Shown: positions 34,386 through 44,932, counted from the first letter of the stretch. The stretch: 64,000 bases of DNA from Alphaproteobacteria bacterium (GCA_017528045.1 JAFXPG010000010.1:13968-77967); one strand, 5' to 3'. The notes: a model not told the origin generated them from the sequence alone. A program made the numbers and translations.

Positions 34386-36230
34386 ATGAAAATTCGAAAT
34401 ATTGCAATTATAGCTCACGTTGACCACGGTAAAACAACTTTGGTTGACAATATGTTAAAACAAGCCGGTACATTCCGTGAAAACGAACACGTTGAAGACC
34501 GCGTAATGGACAGCGGTGATATAGAACGTGAACGTGGAATTACTATATCAGCAAAACCAACATCTATTCAATGGGGTGAATATAAAATTAATATTGTAGA
34601 TACCCCAGGACACGCAGATTTTGGTGGCGAAGTAGAACGTATTTTATCCATGGTTGATGGTGTTGTCTTATTGGTAGACAGTGCAGAAGGCCCATTACCA
34701 CAAACAAAATTCGTATTATCAAAAGCTTTGAAATTAAATTTACGTCCAATTGTTTGCATTAATAAAATTGATCGTGGCGATGCACGTCCTGACGAAGTTT
34801 TAACAGAAACATTTGATTTATTTGATAAATTAGGTGCGACAGATTCTCAACTTGATTTTCCATATTTGTATGCTTGCGGAAGAGACGGTTGGGCAATTCG
34901 TGATTTAAAAGATATAGATAACCCAAACAAAGATTTGACACCTTTGTTTCAATTGATTGTTGATCATGTACCTGCCCCAGATTGTAATGGTACAAGATGT
35001 CAATTAGATGCACCTTTTACTATGTTGGCAACTACACTGGAAGCAGACCCTTATGTTGGACGTATTTTAACTGGAAAAATTGAATCAGGTACTGTAAAAG
35101 TTGGTCAATCTGTAAAAGCTATTAATATGAAAGGTGAATTCATAGAAAACGCAAAAATAACAAAAATTATTGAACACCAAGGTATAAATAAAGTATCACG
35201 TGAAAGTGCTTCTGCTGGTGATATTGTTGTTATCGCAGGTTTTTCAAAAGCTACTGTGGCAGATACACTGTGTGATCCATCTGTGAACGAACCTATTCCT
35301 GCTATGCCTATTGATCCACCAACCTTAACAATGACATTCTTTGTTAATACATCTCCGTTGGCTGGACAAAGTGGTAAAAAATTAACATCACGTATGATTG
35401 GCGAAAGATTGTTTAAAGAAGCAGAAACTAATATTGCTTTGAAAGTTACACAAAGTGCAAACAACGAAGCTTTTGAAGTTTCTGGCCGTGGCGAATTACA
35501 GTTAGGTATTTTGATTGAAACAATGCGTCGTGAAGGTTTTGAATTATCTGTATCACGTCCACGCGTTGTTATGCAAACAAATGAAAACGGTGAAAAACTT
35601 GAACCAATTGAAGAAGTTGTTATTGACGTTGATGATGAATTCAGCGGTGTTGTTATTGAAAAAATGACTAAACGTAAAGCAACCATCACAGAAATGAAAC
35701 CTTCTGGAATTGGGAAAACCCGTATAGTATTTTCTGCACCTTCACGTGGTTTGATTGGTTATTTATCTGAATTCAGAACTGACACTCGTGGCACTGGTAT
35801 TATGAACCGAGTTTTTGATAAATATGATTTATACCGTGGTCCTATTACCCAATACAGACCGGGTGTATTAGTATCTATGGAAGCAGGCTCTACAACAACA
35901 TATGCTTTGCACAACTTGGAACCACGTGGTGTATTATTTGTTGGACCACAAGTTGAAGTTTACAGCGGTATGATTGTTGGTGAACACAGCAAAGAAAACG
36001 ATATTGAAGTCAACCCTGTTCGTGGCAAACAATTAACAAACGTTCGTTCTGTAACAGCAGATGAAAAATTGTTCCTTGCTCCACCAAGAAAGATGTCTTT
36101 GGAAGAAGCCTTGTCTTATATCCAAGACGATGAATTGGTAGAAGTAACCCCAAGCACAATACGTTTACGCAAAAAAGAATTAGACAGCGGTAAACGTAAA
36201 AAAGCTTATCGCTTTGCTGAAACCGATTAA
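34386..36230 (+). CDS. typA: translational GTPase TypA/BipA
   Basis: AHVDHGKTTL, DTPGHADF and NKID, with EF-G-like domains and typical length 614 aa. Confidence 0.93.
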   Translation: MKIRNIAIIAHVDHGKTTLVDNMLKQAGTFRENEHVEDRVMDSGDIERERGITISAKPTSIQWGEYKINIVDTPGHADFGGEVERILSMVDGVVLLVDSAEGPLPQTKFVLSKALKLNLRPIVCINKIDRGDARPDEVLTETFDLFDKLGATDSQLDFPYLYACGRDGWAIRDLKDIDNPNKDLTPLFQLIVDHVPAPDCNGTRCQLDAPFTMLATTLEADPYVGRILTGKIESGTVKVGQSVKAINMKGEFIENAKITKIIEHQGINKVSRESASAGDIVVIAGFSKATVADTLCDPSVNEPIPAMPIDPPTLTMTFFVNTSPLAGQSGKKLTSRMIGERLFKEAETNIALKVTQSANNEAFEVSGRGELQLGILIETMRREGFELSVSRPRVVMQTNENGEKLEPIEEVVIDVDDEFSGVVIEKMTKRKATITEMKPSGIGKTRIVFSAPSRGLIGYLSEFRTDTRGTGIMNRVFDKYDLYRGPITQYRPGVLVSMEAGSTTTYALHNLEPRGVLFVGPQVEVYSGMIVGEHSKENDIEVNPVRGKQLTNVRSVTADEKLFLAPPRKMSLEEALSYIQDDELVEVTPSTIRLRKKELDSGKRKKAYRFAETD

Positions 36231-36246
36231 AAAATAAACACTTAAA

Positions 36247-36275
36247 CAAAACCGCCACATCGGCGGTTTTGTTTT
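36247..36275 (+). terminator. intrinsic terminator AAAACCGCC-ACATC-GGCGGTTTTGTTTTG
   Basis: GC hairpin plus T-tract after typA. Confidence 0.75.
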
Positions 36276-36325
36276 GTTGCAAATATTATATAAAGTTTGT
36301 ATAGTTAGCATAAGGATAAAAAATA

Positions 36326-37177
36326 ATGAAATATCCAAAAAGATTATTTTTATTTGCAGGATACGACAAAGACGGCATTATTGATGATGCATTGATTTAT
36401 TATGTGTCTGAATTATCAAAATATGGCGATATCATTGTTTATATAGATAACGATATAAAAACTAAAAATTTATCTATATTAAAGAAATATACAATCAAGA
36501 CTATTGCTATACGTCATGGTGAATACGATTTTGGTTCTTACAAACGTGCATATGAATATGCAGACAAACACAAATTATTATCAAAATATGATTATGTGTA
36601 TTTGGTAAATGATTCTGTATTTGGACCTTTATACAATATCAAACAAACATTAGATAAAATTGAATCAATAAAAACAGATGCAGCCGGTTTAATTGTTGCA
36701 AAACACGAAACACATTCTTATATGGAATCTTGGTTTATCAGATTAAATAAAAATATATTTGAATCACCGTGGTTTAAAAAATTTATATTATCTGTGACTA
36801 AACAACCAACAAAAGCCAGAATAACAATTCAATATGAACATGGTTTGTCTAATTTAATTCGTGCAAATAAATGTTCTTGGTCTGGTATTCATACATACCA
36901 TGGACGTTTTACATATAATAATCCAAAATATTTATTTAAACATAAATGTCCTTTTGTTAAAAAAGCATGCTTTACCAGACACAATGGTGCTTTTGGAAAT
37001 CAAATAAAAAACATATTGAACAATTGTGATAAAAAAGCCGCTGAATCTATATTAAAGACGGCTAACCGTATTTATGGTACAGAATACATGAATAAATTTT
37101 TAACATATAATCCAATAAAAATATTTGTTCGAAAATTCAGATACGCATTACAAAAAATAATAAATGGTGGAATATGA
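36326..37177 (+). CDS. rhamnan-synthesis-F (RgpF)-like polysaccharide biosynthesis protein
   Basis: FAGYDKDGIIDDALIYYVSELSKYGDIIVYIDND matches the N-terminal signature of the RgpF family. By eye. Confidence 0.5.
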   Translation: MKYPKRLFLFAGYDKDGIIDDALIYYVSELSKYGDIIVYIDNDIKTKNLSILKKYTIKTIAIRHGEYDFGSYKRAYEYADKHKLLSKYDYVYLVNDSVFGPLYNIKQTLDKIESIKTDAAGLIVAKHETHSYMESWFIRLNKNIFESPWFKKFILSVTKQPTKARITIQYEHGLSNLIRANKCSWSGIHTYHGRFTYNNPKYLFKHKCPFVKKACFTRHNGAFGNQIKNILNNCDKKAAESILKTANRIYGTEYMNKFLTYNPIKIFVRKFRYALQKIINGGI

Positions 37178-38010
37178 AAAAATTAAAAAAAATAGCAGCA
37201 ATCACTATGGCACGCGATGATGAATTTTTTTTGTCACGTTGGATTGCTTACTATGGAAAACAATTTGGAACAGATAATTTATATATTTTATTAGATGGCA
37301 AAGATCAAAATATTCCAGGAAACGCTGGTAAATCTCACATAACAAAATTATCACACGAAACACAATCACGTGCTGCCGGTGACAAATACAGAATTAATAA
37401 ATTATCAAATCTGGCAAACGAATTATTAAAAAAATATGATATTGTTATTGGATGTGATGTTGATGAATTCTTGATCGTTGATTCAAAAACACATCAAAAT
37501 TTACACCAATATTTATCAAATAAAAAAATTAACACTACTTTATCTGGATTAGGATTAGATATTGGGCAACATTTATATAAAGAAGCAATTCTTGATAAAT
37601 CTGCACCATTTTTAGAACAACGGGAATACGCCCTGCTTTCTACACGTTATACTAAGCCTGTTGTTATAAACAAACCCGTATCTTGGGGCAGCGGTTTTCA
37701 CAGTATCCGTCATCACAATTTTCACATTGATAAAAATTTATATCTGTTACATTTTGGTGCAATAGATATGAACATGTTAGAAGAAAAAGCAAAAAAACGT
37801 GGTTCAGATTGGTTAAAACATTTACAACGTCGTGGTAATGGCACAATTAATTTGGTTACACATAAAAAAGCAAGAAGTGAAAAAACTTTTAAATTTGCAC
37901 GTTTCTTACAAACGTATTGCAGACCAATTTATGCTTTACGTAAACCAGCAATGATGGGATTAAAAATAGTTGTTAAAATACCAACACGATTCAAGAAATC
38001 AGGAATATAA
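37174..38010 (+). CDS. glycosyltransferase (GT2/GT92-like fold)
   Basis: AAITMARDDEFFLSRWIAYYGKQFG..LYILLDG and a DVDEF (DxD) motif. ATGA overlap with the upstream gene. Confidence 0.5.
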   Translation: MKKLKKIAAITMARDDEFFLSRWIAYYGKQFGTDNLYILLDGKDQNIPGNAGKSHITKLSHETQSRAAGDKYRINKLSNLANELLKKYDIVIGCDVDEFLIVDSKTHQNLHQYLSNKKINTTLSGLGLDIGQHLYKEAILDKSAPFLEQREYALLSTRYTKPVVINKPVSWGSGFHSIRHHNFHIDKNLYLLHFGAIDMNMLEEKAKKRGSDWLKHLQRRGNGTINLVTHKKARSEKTFKFARFLQTYCRPIYALRKPAMMGLKIVVKIPTRFKKSGI

Positions 38011-38011
38011 A

Positions 38012-40024
38012 ATGAAAAACGATAAAATAGACATTGTTTATTTATGGGTTGATGGGTCAGATAAAAATTGGCGCAAACAACGTGATTTTTGGTATAAAAA
38101 ACAAAACAATCAAAATTCCGATAATTTAAACAATTCACTTTATCGTGATAATGGTGAATTAAAATATTCATTGCGGTCGGTGGCTGAAAATGTTCCATGG
38201 GTAAATCATATTTATATTATAACCGGATTTAACCAAGTTCCAAAATGGCTTGATACAACAAACCCAAAAATAACAATTGTTCCACACGAACAAATTATGC
38301 CGAAAGCAGCATTACCGACATTTAATTCTAATTCAATAGCAAGTTGTATTTACAAAATACCAAACTTATCTGAAAAATTTATTGTTTTAAATGACGATAC
38401 TTTTTTTAATAAAAAAATTAAACCATCATTTTTCTTTGACAGACACGGTCGTGCAATTGTCCGATATAACAAACACAAAGATTTTCAACACGACACACAA
38501 AAATGGTTAAATTCTGTAGATAGATATACGCATACATTGATTTTATCTGCTTTAAAAATTAAAGAAATTTTTGGAAAAACATATCCTAAATATCGTCCAA
38601 GTCATGGCATTGACCCATATATAAAATCAAGTATGATTGAATGTATAAATCATCCGTTGGTAAAAAAACAAATGGACAAACAGATACTTGAAAAATTTAG
38701 AATACGCAATGCATTACAAATGTGGTTGTTTGAATTATATTCCGTTATGATTAACAAGGCAATATTAGTCAAGGCACGTGGATATAAATCTGGTCATCAT
38801 TGGTTTTCTAATTTTATTTATAACACAATCTTTTTTCATGCTGTTCGCAGATCCCCAGTATTTTGTTTTGATGCAAAAGAATCTAAAAATTCAATCAAGC
38901 ACGCACCTGTATTTTGCATAAATGATTCTAAATATACTACAAATGAAACGATTAAAAATAACGTTGAATTTTTAGAAAATCGTTTTCCAAATCCATCTCC
39001 TTTTGAAAAAGAATATAAAAATAAAATAGACATTGTTTATTTATGGGTTGATGGATCTGATAAAAATTGGAAAAAAGAAAAAGATAAATGGTATAAAAAA
39101 ATAACAGGAAAAACACCTGTATATAAAGAAGCCGCAGGCGAAGAACGTTTTCGTGATAATGGCGAATTAAAATATTCTTTGCGTTCCGTCGCAAAATATG
39201 CAAATTGGGTAAATCATATTTATATTATAACCGGATTTAACCAGGTTCCAAAATGGTTAAACACAAAACATCCTAAAATCACTGTTGTTCCACACGAACA
39301 AATTATGCCAAAAGCTGCATTACCGACATTTAATGCAACAGCCATAGAAATGTGTATTCCAAACATTAAGGGTTTATCTGAAAAATTTATTCTGATTAAT
39401 GACGATATGTTTTTTAATAAAAAACTGCAACCTTCTTTCTTTTTTGACAAACAAGGTAGACCTGTTGTTTATTATACTTCATATACCAAACATCCTAAAA
39501 ATATAAATAGATGGATACAATCAGTAGATGAATACACACAAACTTTAATTTTATCTGCAAAAATACTTCAAGATAATTTTAATAAAAATTTATATTTTGG
39601 AAGGCCTTGTCATGGTATAGACCCTTATTTAAAATCTTCTTGGATTGAATGTTTAAAAAATAAAAAAATAAAAAAGCAAGTAGCAAAACAAATCTTTAAT
39701 AAATTTAGAACCAATCAAGAAATTCAACGTTGGACATTTAATTTATACGATTTAATAACAAAACGTGCAATTTTTAGACATGCACGTGCATATAAATATA
39801 ATCATAAACACAAATTATCAAATTTGATTTATAATGCTTTTCATTGGAAAGGGATGAACGAATCAAACATTACATGTGTAAATATCGAAAAAGCCAAGAA
39901 GGCTTTACCATATGCAGCAACATTTTGTATAAACGATTCTGCAAACAACAATTTTGATGTATTAAAAAACAATCGTGAATTTTTAGAAAATCGTTTTCCA
40001 GATAAATGTGAATTTGAAAAATAA
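38012..40024 (+). CDS. tandem-duplicated Stealth-family (CR1-CR4) sugar-1-phosphate transferase
   Basis: Two full modules, each with IDIVYLWVDGSDKNW (CR1), RDNGELKYSLRSV...W.NHIYIITGFNQVPKWL (CR2) and LPTFN (CR3). Module 1 is about 38012-39014 and module 2 about 39015-40024. Confidence 0.8.
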   Translation: MKNDKIDIVYLWVDGSDKNWRKQRDFWYKKQNNQNSDNLNNSLYRDNGELKYSLRSVAENVPWVNHIYIITGFNQVPKWLDTTNPKITIVPHEQIMPKAALPTFNSNSIASCIYKIPNLSEKFIVLNDDTFFNKKIKPSFFFDRHGRAIVRYNKHKDFQHDTQKWLNSVDRYTHTLILSALKIKEIFGKTYPKYRPSHGIDPYIKSSMIECINHPLVKKQMDKQILEKFRIRNALQMWLFELYSVMINKAILVKARGYKSGHHWFSNFIYNTIFFHAVRRSPVFCFDAKESKNSIKHAPVFCINDSKYTTNETIKNNVEFLENRFPNPSPFEKEYKNKIDIVYLWVDGSDKNWKKEKDKWYKKITGKTPVYKEAAGEERFRDNGELKYSLRSVAKYANWVNHIYIITGFNQVPKWLNTKHPKITVVPHEQIMPKAALPTFNATAIEMCIPNIKGLSEKFILINDDMFFNKKLQPSFFFDKQGRPVVYYTSYTKHPKNINRWIQSVDEYTQTLILSAKILQDNFNKNLYFGRPCHGIDPYLKSSWIECLKNKKIKKQVAKQIFNKFRTNQEIQRWTFNLYDLITKRAIFRHARAYKYNHKHKLSNLIYNAFHWKGMNESNITCVNIEKAKKALPYAATFCINDSANNNFDVLKNNREFLENRFPDKCEFEK

Positions 40025-40051
40025 AAAATGCGATTTAAAATCGCATTTTTT
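40023..40051. terminator. bidirectional intrinsic terminator AAAAAATGCGATT-TAA-AATCGCATTTTTT
   Basis: Perfect palindrome between convergent genes. Confidence 0.7.
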
Positions 40052-40053
40052 AA

Positions 40054-41073
40054 TTATTTCACATCAATAAATTTATAAATATTCTCACGTAAATCATACC
40101 ATTCATTTGGTACATTATCAAAAACACCTATTTCATTCATTTCAATAAATTCCTTACGTGCAGAATTAAATTCTTCATCTGTTTTTAAATATTTTAATTT
40201 ACGAAAAGCCCAATTTACAAACCACCACATAAATTGAGATTGCCATTTTTTCATTTGTTCTTTATCAGCTTTTTCTGCATACAATCGATATGATGTTTTT
40301 ATTCCTGTACACAAACTTTTCATAATTTTTAATTGTTTTGCAGACAACACTATTCCACCAAAATTTGGTATATAATAATATAATGGTAATGGCACAACTG
40401 TAACACGCGGTCGTTTCAACATAATTTCAGACCACCACGGAAAATCTTCAAATAAAATCCCTTTGATAAAAGGAGTATCTTTAATCAAATCTTTTTTATA
40501 AAGATTTTTCCAAACCTGACAATGTTTTATCAACCATTTGCGATTTGGATTATTTTTATTATGAGTACGTTCTGTAGCTAATTCAAAAACATCTTCAACA
40601 GTACGTGTTTTTATTTTATTTAAATCATATTTCTTTTTAATTCCAAACGGAATAACATTATAAGTAGTAAGATGTAATATATGACGTACCATTAATTGTG
40701 GACGATAAAATCTATCATAAGTAAAAGAAACTATATCTGATTTATTTTCTTCCGCTATATTATAAGCTATTTCCATAGTTTGCGGATGAATAAAATCATC
40801 ACTATCAAGATACATGATATATTTACCCTTAGCATATGGCATACCATAATTTCGTGCATCTGATAAACCACCGTTTTCTTTATGAACAACTATAAATCTT
40901 TTATCTTTTTTTGCATATTCTTCTGCTATTTCACCAGATTTATCTGGACTGCCATCATCTACACATATTGCCGTCCAATCTTGAAATGTTTGATTTTTTA
41001 CACTGTCCAAACAACGGCGTAAATATTTTTCTACGCCCCACATTGGTATAATTATAGATATTTTTGGTTTCAT
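40054..41073 (-). CDS. family 2 glycosyltransferase
   Basis: ISIIIPMWGVEKYLRRCLDSVKNQTFQDW..ICVDDGSPD...YLDSDD, the canonical GT2 N-terminal domain. Confidence 0.85.
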   Translation of the reverse strand: MKPKISIIIPMWGVEKYLRRCLDSVKNQTFQDWTAICVDDGSPDKSGEIAEEYAKKDKRFIVVHKENGGLSDARNYGMPYAKGKYIMYLDSDDFIHPQTMEIAYNIAEENKSDIVSFTYDRFYRPQLMVRHILHLTTYNVIPFGIKKKYDLNKIKTRTVEDVFELATERTHNKNNPNRKWLIKHCQVWKNLYKKDLIKDTPFIKGILFEDFPWWSEIMLKRPRVTVVPLPLYYYIPNFGGIVLSAKQLKIMKSLCTGIKTSYRLYAEKADKEQMKKWQSQFMWWFVNWAFRKLKYLKTDEEFNSARKEFIEMNEIGVFDNVPNEWYDLRENIYKFIDVK

Positions 41074-41080
41074 GTTACAC

Positions 41081-41986
41081 CTACATTTTATTTACCATTT
41101 CATCAGCAAATGTTCCCGGTACTATATTTTTTACCCATGGACTGCTATATGTTGTTTTTTGAAAAAAAGAATCTTTTGTTACTTTATCAAAAGTTTTTTT
41201 ATCAAAAGGTTTATCACCATAAGCCCACCACAAAGCATGTGTTGGATCTTGATCAACATGAGGCATTTTTTCAAAATATTTTTTTGCCCTCTCATCATTT
41301 TCTACCATTGTCTTAAACAACAATTGATGCATAAAATAATCAAAACTGTGATTTTCATGCATCCAATAATCAAAAATCATTGCACGCCATGCATCCAGTA
41401 AAAAAGCACCTTTTCTTGCACGAATAAAACAATTTTGCATAAACGAATATGGAGATCCCACATTTTGTCCAGCCATATAAACAAAGAAATCTTCTTTTTC
41501 TATCCAATCAGGAATTGCTGATGTTGCAAAACCAGTTGAATCTAACCAATACCCGCCATGTTCATATAATAATTCAACACGACAAATATCAGCAAAATGA
41601 GCATGCCCTATTTTACCTTGTTTTCTTTTTTTTACGATTTCTTGTGGTAAAGTAATGTAATCAAAAATTGTATTTTCATCTAATACTATTAATTCTTGTT
41701 TACAGTGTTTACGAATACTTTTAAAACAAGCTTTCACCAATGCAGGTGCATTTTCTTCACCCTGCAACCAAAGAGTATATATTTTATCGTTCTTGTCATC
41801 TTTGATAACTTCACGTTCTTGTATTTTTGTAATAGATGGTAAATATCTTTTAAAATAACGTGGTATCACAGATAATATAACATCACAACGTTTTGCACGT
41901 CTATGTTCACGAGTCCACCATAAAGGAACCAAAATATGTCCACGAACAATTATATTCATCATTGCAAACATACGTTTTATATTCAT
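41081..41986 (-). CDS. capsular-polysaccharide-synthesis (Caps_synth / DXD sugar-binding) family glycosyltransferase
   Basis: IYTLWLQGEENAP..., HFADICRVELLYEHGGYWLDST. ATG 41986 is preceded by AAAGGA; the ORF extension to 42058 would overlap recA and a hairpin. Confidence 0.6.
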   Translation of the reverse strand: MNIKRMFAMMNIIVRGHILVPLWWTREHRRAKRCDVILSVIPRYFKRYLPSITKIQEREVIKDDKNDKIYTLWLQGEENAPALVKACFKSIRKHCKQELIVLDENTIFDYITLPQEIVKKRKQGKIGHAHFADICRVELLYEHGGYWLDSTGFATSAIPDWIEKEDFFVYMAGQNVGSPYSFMQNCFIRARKGAFLLDAWRAMIFDYWMHENHSFDYFMHQLLFKTMVENDERAKKYFEKMPHVDQDPTHALWWAYGDKPFDKKTFDKVTKDSFFQKTTYSSPWVKNIVPGTFADEMVNKM

Positions 41987-42047
41987 ATCAATATCCTTTG
42001 GTATATAAAGTGATTTTAGGTGGCACGAATGCCACCTAAAATTATTT

Positions 42048-43121
42048 CTATTCTTCAACTATTCCGTCTTCATCTTCATCAATCGGACCAGTTGTCATTT
42101 CTTCGGCTATACCGTTTGCTTTAGCCATAATTTTATCTAATAATTCTTGTTGAGCTTCTGGATGATCTTTCAACCATTGACGTGCATTAGCTTCTCCTTG
42201 CCCAATACGTTCATTATTATATGAATAAAAAGAACCCGCTTTTTCAATAAAATTATATTTAACACCCATATCCAAGATTTCACTAATTCTTGAAATACCT
42301 TCACCATACATAATTTTAAAATCAACTGTACGGAAAGGTGGTGCCACTTTATTTTTAACAATCTTTACTCTGGTTTCATTACCTATAACATTTTCTTTAT
42401 CTTTAATTGCACCTGTTCTGCGAATATCCAAACGAACTGAAGCATAAAATTTCAAAGCATTTCCACCAGATGTTGTTTCAGGAGAACCAAACATAACACC
42501 TATCTTCATACGAATTTGATTAATAAATATTAACAAAGTGTTACTGCGTGAAACAGAACCCGCCAATTTTTTTAATGACTGAGACATCAAACGTGCAGTT
42601 GTTCCCATATAAGTATCACCAATATTTCCTTCTAATTCAGCCTTTGGTACCAAAGCCGCAACAGAATCAACAACAACAACATCTACTGCCCCAGATTTAA
42701 TCAAAGTATCTGCTATTTCTAAAGCTTGTTCACCAGAATCTGGTTGAGAAATAATCAAATTAGAAACATCAACGCCTAATTTTTTTGCATAACTTGGGTC
42801 CAATGCATTTTCAGCATCAATATAAGCACAAGTTCCACCTTTCTTTTGAGATTCTGCAACAGCATGCAAAGCCAATGTTGTTTTACCAGAAGATTCTGGA
42901 CCATAAATTTCAACAATGCGTCCTTTTGGATAACCACCTATTCCTAATGCAATATCCAATCCCAAAGATCCAGACGAAATGGCTTCTATATTTTGTTGAG
43001 AACCATCTCCCATTTTCATAATAGCTTCTTTACCAAATTGTTTTTGAATTTGTGCCAAAGCCATTTCTAACGCAGGATTTTTTGCAGAAACACTTTCTTT
43101 TACTACTTCTTTTTTTGCCAT
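42048..43121 (-). CDS. recA: recombinase RecA
   Basis: GPESSGKTT Walker [10 protein letters not shown], and near-canonical RecA sequence throughout. Confidence 0.97.
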   Translation of the reverse strand: MAKKEVVKESVSAKNPALEMALAQIQKQFGKEAIMKMGDGSQQNIEAISSGSLGLDIALGIGGYPKGRIVEIYGPESSGKTTLALHAVAESQKKGGTCAYIDAENALDPSYAKKLGVDVSNLIISQPDSGEQALEIADTLIKSGAVDVVVVDSVAALVPKAELEGNIGDTYMGTTARLMSQSLKKLAGSVSRSNTLLIFINQIRMKIGVMFGSPETTSGGNALKFYASVRLDIRRTGAIKDKENVIGNETRVKIVKNKVAPPFRTVDFKIMYGEGISRISEILDMGVKYNFIEKAGSFYSYNNERIGQGEANARQWLKDHPEAQQELLDKIMAKANGIAEEMTTGPIDEDEDGIVEE

Positions 43122-43186
43122 AAAAATACCCCTTTCTTATATAAGAAAATCATACTAAGAAAAACTTATGAACGCAAGGTCTATTA

Positions 43187-44416
43187 TTAACGTTTTGCCC
43201 ATAACACTATTGTTGACAAAACAGCCATAGTTGCACTGATTAACCACACAGAAGATGTTGTTCCAAACAAAGTTATACACAACATACCTAACAAAGGTGC
43301 TATGACACTTGGAAAGTTAACACTGGTTCTGAAAAATCCATAATATTTTGATTGCTCTTTTTTTGGCATATTATTAAAGAATAACAAATCATGTGATGTT
43401 TCCATCAAAGCACCTGATATTTGCCATAAAACAAATATAAATAATAACAAAGTTCCAGATAAAAATGTTGCCAACATTGAAAATATTGCAAATGAAATAA
43501 AACCACAAGTTAACCAAAATCTTGGACCATATTTTTTAATCAAATTTCCTATAAATAAATTAACAAAAACATACGGTAAAATACCAACAGATAAGATAAT
43601 ACCTAAAGTTTCATTTGAAAAACCATTTTCTATCACAACGATAGGAACATAAAGTAATCGCATTGAACGTAAAGCAAAAAAACCAAAATTAACAACATAC
43701 GCTTGTAACATACCTGATTTTTTAAAGAAAGATATAGCACTTATATGCAACAAACGAATTGTTTTTTTCATATTAATACGTTTTAAAACTTTATCTTGTT
43801 GAACCAATCCAAAATGTTTAAAAAATAACAATCCTGAAAAATAAATTAAACCTGCAGCTAATAAAGGCATCCTGTAATTGCCATCAAAATAACTAACGAC
43901 ACTCATCGCAAATACTGGTGCAATCATTCCGCCAATATTTCCCCATAAATGGTATCGTGCATTTAAACGTTCCATACCTATATTTTTAGAAAATTCAGAC
44001 ATAAAGAGAGGCAATAAAACACCAAGCATAGTTAGTGCAAAATTATTAACATAATCTAATGTTATAAATGTCATTGGTTTTACAGAAAAACTCATCATGC
44101 AATAACACGTTCCCAAAATAATCATTGTTATATATAACAATCTTGTTTTAGTAAACCAATGTAATATTTCAGATGAAAACAAACCAACAATAACAGCAAA
44201 AAATGCATAAATCGCAGCATACGCACCAACAGCTGCAGATGCCATTTCTTCATTAAAAAAAACTTTAAAAATTTCCAATAAACACAAAGAATAAACAGCA
44301 TTAACTATACTGCCTGCAAAACCTGTAAATAACCCCAAGTTCGCGAAAGAAAACCCGGTAACAGATTTGTTCATAGAAAGATATTTTTCTCTGCTCATAT
44401 TATCCCTTGTGTTCAA
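43187..44416 (-). CDS. MFS transporter
   Basis: About 12 TM helices in two halves. No substrate assignable. Confidence 0.7.
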   Translation of the reverse strand: MNTRDNMSREKYLSMNKSVTGFSFANLGLFTGFAGSIVNAVYSLCLLEIFKVFFNEEMASAAVGAYAAIYAFFAVIVGLFSSEILHWFTKTRLLYITMIILGTCYCMMSFSVKPMTFITLDYVNNFALTMLGVLLPLFMSEFSKNIGMERLNARYHLWGNIGGMIAPVFAMSVVSYFDGNYRMPLLAAGLIYFSGLLFFKHFGLVQQDKVLKRINMKKTIRLLHISAISFFKKSGMLQAYVVNFGFFALRSMRLLYVPIVVIENGFSNETLGIILSVGILPYVFVNLFIGNLIKKYGPRFWLTCGFISFAIFSMLATFLSGTLLLFIFVLWQISGALMETSHDLLFFNNMPKKEQSKYYGFFRTSVNFPSVIAPLLGMLCITLFGTTSSVWLISATMAVLSTIVLWAKR

Positions 44417-44457
44417 ATAATAACAAAAATAAAATTTTTATAAACTATAATTTATTA

Positions 44458-44931
44458 CTAAAACCTTGATGTATTAGCATGAGTCAAAGCAATAGCAATA
44501 GCATCACTTTCATCTGGTGTTTTTGGGTGTGCCGCAGGCAATAAAATAGTTAACATTTTATAAATTTGGTCTTTATCTGCATGACCTATACCTGTTAATG
44601 CTTTTTTTACTTTATTCGGCTCATATTCAAACACTGGTATTTTTTCAACTGCAACCGCAGTAATAGCAGCAGCACGTGCATGACCTAATAACAATGTTGT
44701 TTTTCCATTTTTATTTACAAAAATAACTTCTATACTGCATTCTGTTGGATTAAATTTTTTACACAAATCATTTACGTGATTAAATATAAAAGCTAATCTT
44801 TCAGATAAAGGAATATTTGTTGGTGGCAAAATAACACCACTGGCCACATATGTACGTGTTGACCCAGCGCAATCTATTATTGACCAACCAGTATGTAAAA
44901 GTCCAGGATCTATCCCTAAAATACGTTTCAT
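44458..44931 (-). CDS. ruvC: crossover junction endodeoxyribonuclease RuvC
   Basis: MKRILGIDPG..., ...DESDAIAIALTH catalytic acidic residues, 157 aa. Confidence 0.9.
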   Translation of the reverse strand: MKRILGIDPGLLHTGWSIIDCAGSTRTYVASGVILPPTNIPLSERLAFIFNHVNDLCKKFNPTECSIEVIFVNKNGKTTLLLGHARAAAITAVAVEKIPVFEYEPNKVKKALTGIGHADKDQIYKMLTILLPAAHPKTPDESDAIAIALTHANTSRF

Positions 44932-44932
44932 A

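Noticed and set aside
38012-40024. Whether the double Stealth gene is really two genes or a frameshifted pseudogene.
   Set aside because: A single frame runs through the module boundary (...NRFPNPSPFEKEYKNKIDIVYLWVDG...) with no stop, RBS or start codon at the junction, and both halves retain all motifs. Kept as one intact CDS.
41987-42058. ORF extension of the Caps_synth-family gene to 42058, overlapping the recA 3' end.
   Set aside because: The extension spans the post-recA GC hairpin and has no RBS. ATG 41986 has AAAGGA at the right distance.
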